DNA of 64,000 bases from a virus, in the IMG/VR virus record IMGVR_UViG_3300048904_000261. One strand, written 5' to 3'. Of this stretch, positions 34,839-42,726 are shown piece by piece. A program made the position numbers and the translations under genes. The notes beneath the pieces are model-generated. The model was not told the DNA's origin and made no database searches. It saw only the letters and a list, made by a program, of their open reading frames with translations. Within the stretch, counting starts at the first letter, position 1. Every line of letters starts with the position of its first letter.

Positions 34839-35075
34839 ACCCGGGGCGTTAGCCCGCCGATTCCATTCCGTGAGTTGGAAGTCATAGACGAGTTGGCCAC
34901 GCAGAAGACAGGTCGAGTCGTGCTTGCAGTAGATGCGCGGTCCATGTGGCGCGTTCACCAATGCCGCTTCCACTCCGCAGAATGGACACGGCAGAGGACG
35001 CGGCGGGCTAACCACCGGCTGGAGCGAACCGGCAGCCCGCTGGTCTTCATTAGGATTTCTCGATGTCATACTCAT
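34815..35075 (-). CDS. Lar-like (restriction-alleviation family) zinc-ribbon protein
   Basis: 86 aa. LPCPFCGVEAALV...YCKHDSTC...LTEWNRRA matches the CPFCG...WNRRA pattern of Lar-family proteins. Confidence 0.55.
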   Translation of the reverse strand: MSMTSRNPNEDQRAAGSLQPVVSPPRPLPCPFCGVEAALVNAPHGPRIYCKHDSTCLLRGQLVYDFQLTEWNRRANAPGERPGGKT

Positions 35076-35096
35076 GGGTCATTCTACCGGTCGCTC
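35022..35096 (-). promoter_or_regulatory. Long-range stem enclosing the start codon of 34815..35075
   Basis: GAGCGACCGG (35096-35087) pairs with CCGGTTCGCTC (35032-35022). 10 bp with the same bulged T. Confidence 0.45.
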
Positions 35097-35115
35097 ACCC
35101 GGAGCGTTCGGCGAA

Positions 35116-35409
35116 TCACGGACAGCAATAACCATCGTCAGTAACAAGCCATTTCCTGCGATGCGGGTCATAAATGGCACCCGTCGATGCTATCCACGTC
35201 TCGACGGCTTTCTTAATGCACCGATCATATTCCTCTCTTCTCATGCACCCCATGAGGTCCGTAAAATTGCCCACGATGAGACACCTTGCCACGACCGCTG
35301 TGCATTGCCTCGCCACCGCTGCCGCCGCTTCATGGCGTTCATTCTCTGTCAGCAGAACTTTTCCGGCCTGCTCCTCAATTTCCGCCTCCGACCACCACTT
35401 GTTTGCCAT
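35116..35409 (-). CDS. Hypothetical small protein
   Basis: 97-aa ORF (MANKWWSEAEIEEQAGKVLLTENERHEAAAAV). Confidence 0.5.
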   Translation of the reverse strand: MANKWWSEAEIEEQAGKVLLTENERHEAAAAVARQCTAVVARCLIVGNFTDLMGCMRREEYDRCIKKAVETWIASTGAIYDPHRRKWLVTDDGYCCP

Positions 35410-35421
35410 AGTGATTCGCTT

Positions 35422-35724
35422 TCAATATCCATCGTAGAACGGGCTTCCGTATTGCTCGGAGAGCGCCACCAAAAAATGAGCCAGTGCCCTGGCCTTGGCG
35501 ATTACGGTTTCCCGCATGTGACTCTTCCACTCATCCGGGATGGTTCCGAAGTCCTCGTAGAATACCATGTCTCCCCTCGTGTCCTTCACGCATACGCCAG
35601 CAGCGTTGTCTTGGTCGAGATACCACGGTAAGGGACAGACTCGTTTCAGTTGCTCCCAATTCGCCGAACACTGCGCTCCAGCGAACCGGCGCGCGCCTTC
35701 GGGTTTATCTGTGGTCTCTGGCAT
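35422..35724 (-). CDS. Hypothetical small protein
   Basis: 100-aa ORF. Its start codon lies inside a 15-bp long-range stem (35679-35694 / 35745-35759). Confidence 0.55.
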   Translation of the reverse strand: MPETTDKPEGARRFAGAQCSANWEQLKRVCPLPWYLDQDNAAGVCVKDTRGDMVFYEDFGTIPDEWKSHMRETVIAKARALAHFLVALSEQYGSPFYDGY

Positions 35725-35759
35725 ATTCAGGAGTCTCCGGTTGTGCGCGCCGGTCGCTG
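35679..35759 (-). promoter_or_regulatory. Long-range stem enclosing the start codon of 35422..35724
   Basis: CAGCGACCGGCGCGC (35759-35745) pairs with GCGCGCCGGTTCGCTG (35694-35679). 15 bp with the same bulged T. The outer G/C swap relative to the other two stems is compensatory. Confidence 0.5.
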
Positions 35760-36059
35760 AGCTTGGTCGTTAGCTGGCAGAGCACGCACGTAGGATTCGA
35801 TGAGCTTCGCCTTCCAGTCTCGCCGGCCATGTTCGAGGTCGCAGACATACATTGCGCTGTATCCCATTCGCCGCGCCATCTCGCGGCCAGATATTCCAGC
35901 GGCTTCGCGTGCCGTTTTCATCCGCAGACCGATTTGCGCCGGGTCACACACCGTCCCGCTTCCGCCGCATTGCGGGCAGACACGCTCCGGGATGCCAGCT
36001 AACAACTCACTGGAGCGAACCCGGCCATTGCGTTTTGGTTTCAATTCGGGAGTCTTCAT
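35727..36059 (-). CDS. XRE-family helix-turn-helix protein with N-terminal CxxCxGxG zinc ribbon
   Basis: ORF 35727..36119. ATG 36059 overlaps the upstream stop (ATGA). CPQCGGSGTVC. HTH LRMKTAREAAGISGREMARRMGYSAMYVCDLEHGRRDW. Confidence 0.65.
   Translation of the reverse strand: MKTPELKPKRNGRVRSSELLAGIPERVCPQCGGSGTVCDPAQIGLRMKTAREAAGISGREMARRMGYSAMYVCDLEHGRRDWKAKLIESYVRALPANDQAQRPARTTGDS
36010..36026 (-). repeat. Orphan copy of the downstream-arm element
   Basis: Plus strand CTGGAGCGAACCCGGCC. 33-49 nt inside the XRE gene. No upstream partner found. Confidence 0.5.
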
Positions 36060-36460
36060 GGCACTTCCGACCAGATCGGTGCATTGCGGTCTTTTGGCGC
36101 GAAAGAACTGGTGCGCCATTCGATCAAGATACCCTTCCGTTTCAGAGCACGCGCCGCCGATATGATGGGCAGTCGGCCATTTCCGCCGAGATCGGCTTGC
36201 ATATTGCAGGCGTGCTTTACCGCCCTGAGCACGCGCTGTTGAGTAGGCGAAACCGTGCCATAACCAATCGCTCCAGCGAACCCGGCTTTTGCGTTTACGA
36301 CATGGGTTTCCAGCACTGAGACTAGAAATTCATTTTTGCCCCTGTCCTGCGAGAGTTGCAGCCACCCATTGCGTTTGCCACAACATTTCCACCAACCCCG
36401 TTCATCAGTGATTTTGACCAGATCACCAACGCGCACAACACGGCGACGACTTGGTTTCAT
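36056..36460 (-). CDS. Hypothetical protein (possible winged-helix C-terminal half)
   Basis: 134-aa ORF. VSPTQQRVLRAVKHACNMQADLGGNGRLPIISAARALKRKGILIEW. Confidence 0.5.
   Translation of the reverse strand: MKPSRRRVVRVGDLVKITDERGWWKCCGKRNGWLQLSQDRGKNEFLVSVLETHVVNAKAGFAGAIGYGTVSPTQQRVLRAVKHACNMQADLGGNGRLPIISAARALKRKGILIEWRTSSFAPKDRNAPIWSEVP
36271..36286 (-). repeat. Orphan copy of the downstream-arm element
   Basis: Plus strand CTCCAGCGAACCCGGC. Shares the extended flank ..TTGCGTTT with the 36010 copy. Lies in a different reading frame. Confidence 0.5.
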
Positions 36461-36741
36461 GGTTTGTCTCTGTCGCAGAATGCGGTTGGGCAGTCGGAAA
36501 AGGTGCAGTGGTCCGGATCGGGGCAGTATTTATGGCCCTTCGGCTTGGGATGCCAGGGAGCTTGGTGTCCATGAATCGCGCACAGGATGTTTGCCGTTGC
36601 GGCCATGCAGCCGGCTGCGATCCATTCCACTGTGTCATCGTCCGATTTCGCAGCGGCCGCGCGCCAGTATTTGTATTCCGCAAGGACGATGGCTTCGATC
36701 TCTTCAGGAGTCATAAAAAATCCGCCGGGCGCTCCTATCAC
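36457..36741 (-). CDS. Hypothetical Cys/His-rich small protein; start uncertain (GTG 36741 or ATG 36714)
   Basis: 94-aa ORF. MTPEEIEAIVLAEYKYWRAAAA...HGHQAPWHPKPKGHKYCPDPDHCTFSDC. ATGA overlap with the downstream gene. Confidence 0.5.
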   Translation of the reverse strand: MIGAPGGFFMTPEEIEAIVLAEYKYWRAAAAKSDDDTVEWIAAGCMAATANILCAIHGHQAPWHPKPKGHKYCPDPDHCTFSDCPTAFCDRDKP

Positions 36742-37012
36742 TCCTGGGTTACGGGAGTGAGCCCCGGAGCGCCCGGGTCAGTGACAAACGGGTCACCAAA
36801 TTGGCGTTACGGTTGGATTCTATCCGTAACCTGGGCGGATGCTGCAGACAGAGCCATCCCAGGCCGAAGCCTTTCACTTCCCCGTAACATTTGCGACGGT
36901 TTCGCGTGCGCCTTTCTCCCTTGCGGGGTGGTGGACAGGCGCGCAATGCCACCGCCTTTCGGCTCGGCCACCGACAACGCTTTCTGCCCAGCAGACGCCT
37001 CGCGTGAATTGT

Positions 37013-38389
37013 TCATTTCCTCGCCGCGTGCCTTCGGTTAATCCGGATCTGCCCGGCGATCGCCTCGATGTTCTCCGCGAGATCCTCCAGCACGTCATCG
37101 GGCAACTGGACGATCTGTTCGGTGGTAGGCTCGCAGAGCTTCCGGAATTTCAGCACGTCCAGAACTTCGGTTTCCGTGATTTTCTGCGCGCCGATCAACT
37201 CGTAGCATTTTGCTGCAAGGACGTTGGACGGAGCCGCCGGAGCGCTGCCGAATAGTTCGCCTGCAGGAGCGGCAGGAGCTTCTGGCGCCTTCGGCGGTTC
37301 CGGTTCCTGGGGCGGGGCTGCCATGGCCGCTTTCTTGGCCGCACGCGCATCGCGCGCCTTGGCCATACGCGCCTGGGCTTCGGTCATCACCGGATCCCCA
37401 GCCTGCGGGGTAGTTGCTGCCGGATCTTTGGCCGGTTCAGTCTTCGCAGGTTCAGTCTTTGCCCCTTCGCTGGCAGGGGCCAGACCGGCGGCAGCTTCCG
37501 CTTTCTTATCCGCTTCGGCCTTCTTCGCGGCCGCTTCCGCTTCGGCCTTCTTTTTCTTTTCCTCATCGAACTTGGCCGCTTGTGGGGCCGATGGGGTTGC
37601 GATGTCGAAGAAATCCTCTCTTTTACCCATGCCATCCTTCAGGGACGTGAAGATCTTCCGGAGAATGACCATTTCCTGCTCCGAAACTGCGCTCAACTTG
37701 TGTTGCAATCGGCGCTCCAACATCTCCACGGACACCTGGAAGTCGGCGAACGCCGTCACCATCTTGCGAACGCGATCCACCAGCGGTTCGGTATGCCCGG
37801 TCTTCAGGGTTTTATCGCATTGCTCGATCGCGGAGTCGATGATGTCGCGAGGAATCACCGCTTCCATGCAGGCCCGCTTCCGGCGCGCGGCGAAATTGGC
37901 GACGTGCTCGTATTGGTCCCTTGGATCGGTCAGCTTCTCGATCCCGGCGGTCTTCGTGTAGCGTTCGTGCCGCACGGTGAAGGTTTTGAAGTCGTGCGCG
38001 TTAGTCTCCAAGTCCCAGGCGATCGCCATAACGCGGCTTTCCCCGTCCACGTTGTCCAGCTCGATGACGCCACTCTGGAAATTCCCCCATTGCTGGGCGA
38101 TCACCTCCAGAAGTCTGATGGATGCGCCGCTGATTTGCGTCCCGCCGCGCGCGTAAAGGTAGGTTGCCTCCTCCGCGAGCCCGGGCCGCTTGCACGCCTC
38201 GATGATTCGCTGGAAGGCGGCGTGCTGATCGCGCGGGAATTTTTTGGCGACAACCAGGGCAGCCTGGATCTGCTGCGCTTCACGGGATTGGGCGAGCTGG
38301 ACAAGCGCAGACTGGTCATTAGCTGCCACGGCGAAAGGGTTTTCACTCATAGTGCCGATGAGATTCAAACCCGCCTTGTAATTTTGCAA
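37013..38389 (-). CDS. Putative recombination / ssDNA-annealing-type protein (family not resolved) with K/A/E-rich disordered linker
   Basis: 458 aa. Start is TTG 38389 or ATG 38350. Conserved-looking core ATYLYARGGTQISGASIRLLEVIAQQWGNFQSGV...VMAIAWDLETN. First gene of the minus arm. A Cas4-type nuclease lies downstream. Confidence 0.35.
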   Translation of the reverse strand: MQNYKAGLNLIGTMSENPFAVAANDQSALVQLAQSREAQQIQAALVVAKKFPRDQHAAFQRIIEACKRPGLAEEATYLYARGGTQISGASIRLLEVIAQQWGNFQSGVIELDNVDGESRVMAIAWDLETNAHDFKTFTVRHERYTKTAGIEKLTDPRDQYEHVANFAARRKRACMEAVIPRDIIDSAIEQCDKTLKTGHTEPLVDRVRKMVTAFADFQVSVEMLERRLQHKLSAVSEQEMVILRKIFTSLKDGMGKREDFFDIATPSAPQAAKFDEEKKKKAEAEAAAKKAEADKKAEAAAGLAPASEGAKTEPAKTEPAKDPAATTPQAGDPVMTEAQARMAKARDARAAKKAAMAAPPQEPEPPKAPEAPAAPAGELFGSAPAAPSNVLAAKCYELIGAQKITETEVLDVLKFRKLCEPTTEQIVQLPDDVLEDLAENIEAIAGQIRINRRHAARK

Positions 38390-38409
38390 GCGAAAAAGCG
38401 AAAATTTCG

Positions 38410-38438
38410 TTGACCGCGCTTTGAAGGCGGCGGATAGT
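38410..38438 (+). promoter_or_regulatory. Sigma70-like promoter of the plus-arm operon (near-leaderless)
   Basis: TTGACC (38410-38415), a 17-nt spacer and GATAGT (38433-38438). The ATG follows 8 nt later at 38447. Confidence 0.35.
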
Positions 38439-38446
38439 CACTGGCC

Positions 38447-38641
38447 ATGCCAGCGTATTACACACGGCGAAAGGATGACCGGAAATTTTTAAGCTACACC
38501 ATCCGGCTGCCGGAGGAGATGGACGGTCAACTGAGCAAGCTGTGCGCTGGCGGCAAGACCAAATCGCGGATGCTGGCCGAAATCTGCGAGCGCGCGCTGC
38601 GCAAGCCGAAGCTGCTGGTTATCCTGATGAATTCCCGATGA
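38447..38641 (+). CDS. Ribbon-helix-helix (CopG/Arc-type) DNA-binding protein
   Basis: 64 aa. LSYTIRLPEEMDGQLSKLCAG..SRMLAEICERAL fits a strand-helix-helix layout. First gene of the plus arm, immediately after a sigma70-like promoter. Confidence 0.55.
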   Translation: MPAYYTRRKDDRKFLSYTIRLPEEMDGQLSKLCAGGKTKSRMLAEICERALRKPKLLVILMNSR

Positions 38642-38916
38642 ACGCGCAATCCCTAGCGAAGTCGTTGCAGAACGAGCTGGCCTCCTACAAAGCGGACATC
38701 GTAGTGACAGCGAACCTGTCCGCGCCTTCGGCCATCCGGTTAATCGCGATCCTGCAAGTTGCCTCCCGGCATCCGGAGATGCCGCCGTCGGAATTTGACT
38801 TCATCAAGATGATGGTCGAGAAGACCGCGCAAGGCTTCAAGCCGGAGCATACGGCGATCGCCGAAGTGATCCGGCGCGGCTGGGACCAACAGTACGACAA
38901 ATCCTTTGACGCATGA
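38638..38916 (+). CDS. Hypothetical protein
   Basis: Internal ATG of ORF 38542..38916, overlapping the upstream stop (ATGA 38638-38641). 92 aa. Confidence 0.55.
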   Translation: MNAQSLAKSLQNELASYKADIVVTANLSAPSAIRLIAILQVASRHPEMPPSEFDFIKMMVEKTAQGFKPEHTAIAEVIRRGWDQQYDKSFDA

Positions 38917-39263
38917 CCACCCAGGAAGAGATTGCCCAAAAGATCCACGATAAATGCGACGAACTGACGCTGCTTTTACGGGACGCCAGGCACGTGGGGT
39001 TGAAGGCCGTCATCACGCACCGGGATTCGGATGAGATCTTGGAGATCTTGGCTAGAGTGCGCGATGACTACGTGTTCGCCGTGATCATTGAGCGCCGGTC
39101 TCCGCCAAAGAAGTTCCTCCGACGTCCTCCGCCGCCGGAACCTGGCAGCCTGGCCGGGGGAGCGGGGGTGTCCGGCACCTGGGTCGACACTGAGACGGTT
39201 ACCACCCAAACCCCTGTCGCTCCTCCGCCGGCAGATTCTCCGTCGCCCAGCAGTGCTTTTTGA
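38913..39263 (+). CDS. Hypothetical protein with Pro-rich tail
   Basis: 116-aa ORF with an ATGA overlap. Confidence 0.55.
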   Translation: MTTQEEIAQKIHDKCDELTLLLRDARHVGLKAVITHRDSDEILEILARVRDDYVFAVIIERRSPPKKFLRRPPPPEPGSLAGGAGVSGTWVDTETVTTQTPVAPPPADSPSPSSAF

Positions 39264-39266
39264 ACA

Positions 39267-39521
39267 ATGCCAGAAAAGGAACATAGCAGCCGCAGCCCAA
39301 AGGCGAGCCCGAATACGGACGGCAGCGTCGAAGATCTTTTCCGTAGATTGGACACTTCGGACAAACTTTTATCTTTCCTCTCCATTTACGTCGCCTATTT
39401 GCGGAGAAGAACTGGAGGAGAGATCCACGCCACAGCATGGCCCATAGCAGAGACACAGTTGAAGCAAACCGGGATTCTTCCCGGAGGACTTCCCGCCATT
39501 CCGCGAAGCGGGCGGGCTTGA
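39267..39521 (+). CDS. Hypothetical protein (weak)
   Basis: 84-aa ORF in an AT-richer patch. A competing antisense Cys-rich ORF (39199..39537) cannot be excluded. Confidence 0.35.
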   Translation: MPEKEHSSRSPKASPNTDGSVEDLFRRLDTSDKLLSFLSIYVAYLRRRTGGEIHATAWPIAETQLKQTGILPGGLPAIPRSGRA

Positions 39522-39537
39522 AACCGAAGATTCGCAT

Positions 39538-40068
39538 GTGAAGATCCTACTCGCCATCGACCCGGGAGCAAGCGGAGGCATCGCGTATATGCTGGGCAAT
39601 TCGATCGCCAGTTGCACCGTCTTCCCGCGGCCCGACACGGAGGGCGAGCTGCTGGACCTGATCCGCTCCATCGTCGAGGAGACTGGCGGAGAAGAGGCCC
39701 GGGCCGTGGTTGAGGAAGTCGGCGGATACATCGGGGAGGACCAGCCGGCCTCCAGGGCGTTTACTTTCGGGCGTGGGTACGGTTACATCCTGGGCGTGCT
39801 GGGCGCGCTCAACGTGCGCGTGGAACTGATCAAACCGCAAGCCTGGCAGAAGGCGCTCGGGCTCGGAACTTCGGGCCGGACCAGGGCATCGCGTGGGGCC
39901 AGTGAAGCGGAGAGGAAAGCCGTGCGCGATTTCAACGCCGGGGCGAAACGGGATTGGAAGAACAAGCTGAAGGAAAAGGCGCAGCAGCTTTTTCCGACGA
40001 TACCCGTGACGCTGAAGACGTGCGATGCGCTCCTGCTGCTGGAGTACGGGCGGAGGACCGGCGGATGA
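39538..40068 (+). CDS. RuvC-like Holliday junction resolvase
   Basis: 176 aa with a GTG start. KILLAIDPGASGGIAY (Asp), VVEEVGGY (Glu) and C-terminal KTCDALLLLEYG (Asp). Confidence 0.7.
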   Translation: MKILLAIDPGASGGIAYMLGNSIASCTVFPRPDTEGELLDLIRSIVEETGGEEARAVVEEVGGYIGEDQPASRAFTFGRGYGYILGVLGALNVRVELIKPQAWQKALGLGTSGRTRASRGASEAERKAVRDFNAGAKRDWKNKLKEKAQQLFPTIPVTLKTCDALLLLEYGRRTGG

Positions 40069-40346
40069 AAACCGAAGCTGAAATCCAGAAGGCGCACGAC
40101 ATCCTGGTCGAGATAATTCTCAACCGCGTTCCCAATCCGTTCCCGCCGAAGACGCGGGAATTGCTGATGGCACGGATGGATGTCCTGTGCTGGGCATTGG
40201 ATCATGACCACAACAAGAGCTTCGAAGAGAATCTGGAGAAGATTCAGAAATTCCTGGCGCAACTGGGCTACTCGCTGAACACAGCCGCCGCGCCATTCAC
40301 CGAGGACACGCATCCGATGGGGCCGACCACGGGAATACCTACGTGA
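40065..40346 (+). CDS. Hypothetical protein
   Basis: Internal ATG of ORF 39954..40346 with an ATGA overlap. 93 aa. Confidence 0.55.
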   Translation: MKTEAEIQKAHDILVEIILNRVPNPFPPKTRELLMARMDVLCWALDHDHNKSFEENLEKIQKFLAQLGYSLNTAAAPFTEDTHPMGPTTGIPT

Positions 40347-40558
40347 GCCGAAACCGAAAACCGCTGGACATCTCCAGTTTCACTTTGCTGCCCTGCCCGT
40401 TCTGCGGCGGGAAGGCTGACATCGAGCTTATCGAAAACGGAATCGAGACCCGGAAGGTTGCGGGCTGCAACACCAAATTTTGCCAGGGCTATCAATCGGC
40501 GCACGCCTTCGCTACCTACAAGGAAGCTGCCGCTGCATGGAACCGTAGAGCCAAGTGA
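40343..40558 (+). CDS. Lar-like (restriction-alleviation family) zinc-ribbon protein
   Basis: 71 aa with a GTGA overlap. LLPCPFCGGKADIE...CNTKFC...YKEAAAAWNRRAK. Confidence 0.65.
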   Translation: MSRNRKPLDISSFTLLPCPFCGGKADIELIENGIETRKVAGCNTKFCQGYQSAHAFATYKEAAAAWNRRAK

Positions 40559-40565
40559 AGAAGTT

Positions 40566-41414
40566 ATGGGAGACAAGACTGCAATTCAATGGACCGATCA
40601 CACGTTCAATCCGTGGATCGGTTGTGCCAAGGTCTCCGCCGGCTGCACGCACTGTTACGCCGAGGAGCTGATGGACAAGCGGTACGGCCGCGTGCATTGG
40701 GGCAAGGGCCAGCCGCGCGATCGGACGAGCGCGGAGAACTGGAAGCTGCCGCTGCGCTGGAACGCGGATGCGCTGAAGGCGAATCGTTTCGACCGCGTAT
40801 TCTGCGCGTCCCTGGCCGACTGGCTGGATGAGGAAGTGGACGCGAATTGGCTGGCAGATTTGCTGGGGCTGATCGGGCGGACACAAAATCTGCATTGGCA
40901 ACTTCTCACCAAGCGGCCGGAGAATTGGGAAAGCCGCATGGGGATCGTTCAGGGATTATTTCATCAACCGAGCACGGAGGCGGCGATTGCGAAGGGATGG
41001 CTGGCCGGAACGCCGCTGCGCAACGCGTGGATCGGCGTCAGCGCGGAGGACCAGGGGAACTACGCTCTCCGGATCCCGCGCATGTTCAAGATCCCGGCGA
41101 AGACCTACTTCGTATCGGCGGAACCGCTCCTGGGGCCGATCAAGCTTGAAGGTTACAGAAGGCCGGACTGGCTGATCATCGGCGGGGAGAGCGGGGACAA
41201 GGCCAGGGAGTGCCGCGTTGAATGGATCAGCGATTTGCTACGGCAATGCCGGCAGCTTGGTATCGCGCCGTTCGTGAAGCAGATTGGATCGTATCACTCC
41301 TGGCCCTTCGGCACAGATCAGAGCGCGACTCTTCTGAAGCTCAAGGACAAAAAAGGCGGCGATCCTTCGGAATGGCCGGAGGAGCTGCGCGTGAGGGAGT
41401 TCCCGAAATCATGA
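40566..41414 (+). CDS. DUF5131 (phage Gp37/Gp68-family)-like protein
   Basis: Internal ATG of ORF 40458..41414. MGDKTAIQWTDHTFNPWIGCAKVSAGCTHCYAE and later FVSAEPLLGPI...IIGGESG are hallmarks I associate with this family. Confidence 0.6.
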   Translation: MGDKTAIQWTDHTFNPWIGCAKVSAGCTHCYAEELMDKRYGRVHWGKGQPRDRTSAENWKLPLRWNADALKANRFDRVFCASLADWLDEEVDANWLADLLGLIGRTQNLHWQLLTKRPENWESRMGIVQGLFHQPSTEAAIAKGWLAGTPLRNAWIGVSAEDQGNYALRIPRMFKIPAKTYFVSAEPLLGPIKLEGYRRPDWLIIGGESGDKARECRVEWISDLLRQCRQLGIAPFVKQIGSYHSWPFGTDQSATLLKLKDKKGGDPSEWPEELRVREFPKS

Positions 41415-41599
41415 TGACGCGCGTTGACATCGAGAAGAACATCGAGGCGGATGACACCCCGTTCACGCTGCCGTTCTGGCTGGCAGGTCTGCTGGTCAAA
41501 GAATGCCGGCGCCAGGGATTGACCACCTTCGGGTACCACAGCGAAGGAGTCTTCGAAGTCGCTTTCACGGTCAAGATCACGAAGAAGGAAAAGAAATGA
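41411..41599 (+). CDS. Hypothetical small protein
   Basis: ATGA overlap. 62 aa. Confidence 0.5.
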   Translation: MMTRVDIEKNIEADDTPFTLPFWLAGLLVKECRRQGLTTFGYHSEGVFEVAFTVKITKKEKK

Positions 41600-41808
41600 G
41601 CAATGGCACGATCATGAAGAAGGAGAAAAAGACATTCATCGTGACGGCGACTGTCAACGGCAAGCTGGTTGGAACAAAGCATGTCACGTTCACGGACGAG
41701 AAAGGCACCGGCTTCGAAGGCGCGGCGTTCGCCTGTGCGCTTCTGCAGACCGAGCAAAGGCTCAGGGAGGAGTTGCTGAAATTGAAATGGGAGGAGGAAA
41801 AGAAATGA
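41596..41808 (+). CDS. Hypothetical small protein
   Basis: ATGA overlap. 70 aa. GAAGGAAAAG lies upstream. Confidence 0.5.
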   Translation: MSNGTIMKKEKKTFIVTATVNGKLVGTKHVTFTDEKGTGFEGAAFACALLQTEQRLREELLKLKWEEEKK

Positions 41809-42125
41809 GCGATGAATCCAAAGGCGGCATAGCTTTTCAGAAGGGACCGCCGTGCTCGGTCTGCGGCGGTACCGGCAAACCCGGCGGCAACGACGCGTCC
41901 TGCATCTGCATGGGAGCGGGTACCATGGAGGCGGAGATCAAGAATCTCCGGGACGGGTTCAACGCGCTGCGCCTGGAATTCAACGCGATCACGACGGCCC
42001 TTCGCCTGCTGGGCTACCGGATCGATAAACCGTCTCAGATCCTGGGCTGCGTGGAATCGCTTGCCAAACAGCTCAAGGAAGCGGAAGACGAATACGTGAA
42101 ACTCAAAAGGCAGAGGGTCAAATGA
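41805..42125 (+). CDS. Small CxxCxGxG zinc-finger / coiled-coil protein
   Basis: ATGA overlap. 106 aa. PPCSVCGGTGKPGG. GGAGGAGG lies upstream. Confidence 0.5.
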   Translation: MSDESKGGIAFQKGPPCSVCGGTGKPGGNDASCICMGAGTMEAEIKNLRDGFNALRLEFNAITTALRLLGYRIDKPSQILGCVESLAKQLKEAEDEYVKLKRQRVK

Positions 42126-42532
42126 GCGAACCAACTTTTCCGGAGTGCTCTAATTACGAACAATTCCGCGCTGAATTGGGGAAGCTGCCGATGACATGGT
42201 ATCCTGACTTGTTGCGGGCGATGACGGTTTACGCGGTTCACAAGAAGGTGTTCCGGCCTGGAAGGCTGGCTGACTTTGTTGCCGAAGTTGAACGGATTGC
42301 TCCGATGGTTTCCGGCGAGGAGCCCGGCCGGCAGCTTTGCCCGCATCATCCGAACGTGGATTACCGGGCGGCCTGGGGATGTCCGGATTGCGTTGAGGAG
42401 CTGCGCGTCAAACTCGCCGTGACGCGCGGCCTGCTGGCAGAGGCACGCCCGCTCGTGATGGGTTTCCTCTGCGATTGCGCCAACCCGGGGAACGGCGATC
42501 TGCTGAACCGAATCGAAGCGGATCTGAAATGA
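42122..42532 (+). CDS. Hypothetical protein
   Basis: 136-aa ORF with an ATGA overlap. Confidence 0.55.
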   Translation: MSEPTFPECSNYEQFRAELGKLPMTWYPDLLRAMTVYAVHKKVFRPGRLADFVAEVERIAPMVSGEEPGRQLCPHHPNVDYRAAWGCPDCVEELRVKLAVTRGLLAEARPLVMGFLCDCANPGNGDLLNRIEADLK

Positions 42533-42726
42533 GCCCGGGCATCTACCAGCGCGAGGACGGCACCGTTTACTGGCTTCGCCAGGACGGGCGCTGGCAGTAT
42601 CTTTCGCCGCTGTTCGGCGAGTGGCTAGACGTATTCGACCAACCCAACAACGAACTGGCGCGCTACCCGAGGAACCTTGGAAGGTTTATTAACGACCTTA
42701 ACGATGGCCCACGTCCTAATTCGTAA
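42529..42726 (+). CDS. Hypothetical small protein
   Basis: ATGA overlap. 65 aa. Confidence 0.5.
   Translation: MSPGIYQREDGTVYWLRQDGRWQYLSPLFGEWLDVFDQPNNELARYPRNLGRFINDLNDGPRPNS

Noticed and set aside
36749-37016. ORFs 36749..36952 and 36807..37016 on the minus strand.
   Set aside because: They have a low-complexity R/A/G/P-rich composition, overlap each other, and lie in a hairpin-rich gap. I did not call them as genes.
39199-39537. Minus-strand 112-aa Cys-rich ORF (CPKCPIYG...CGC).
   Set aside because: It is antisense within a uniformly plus-strand, translationally coupled operon. The plus-strand ORF 39267..39521 fills the gap, though it is itself weak, so the assignment remains uncertain.
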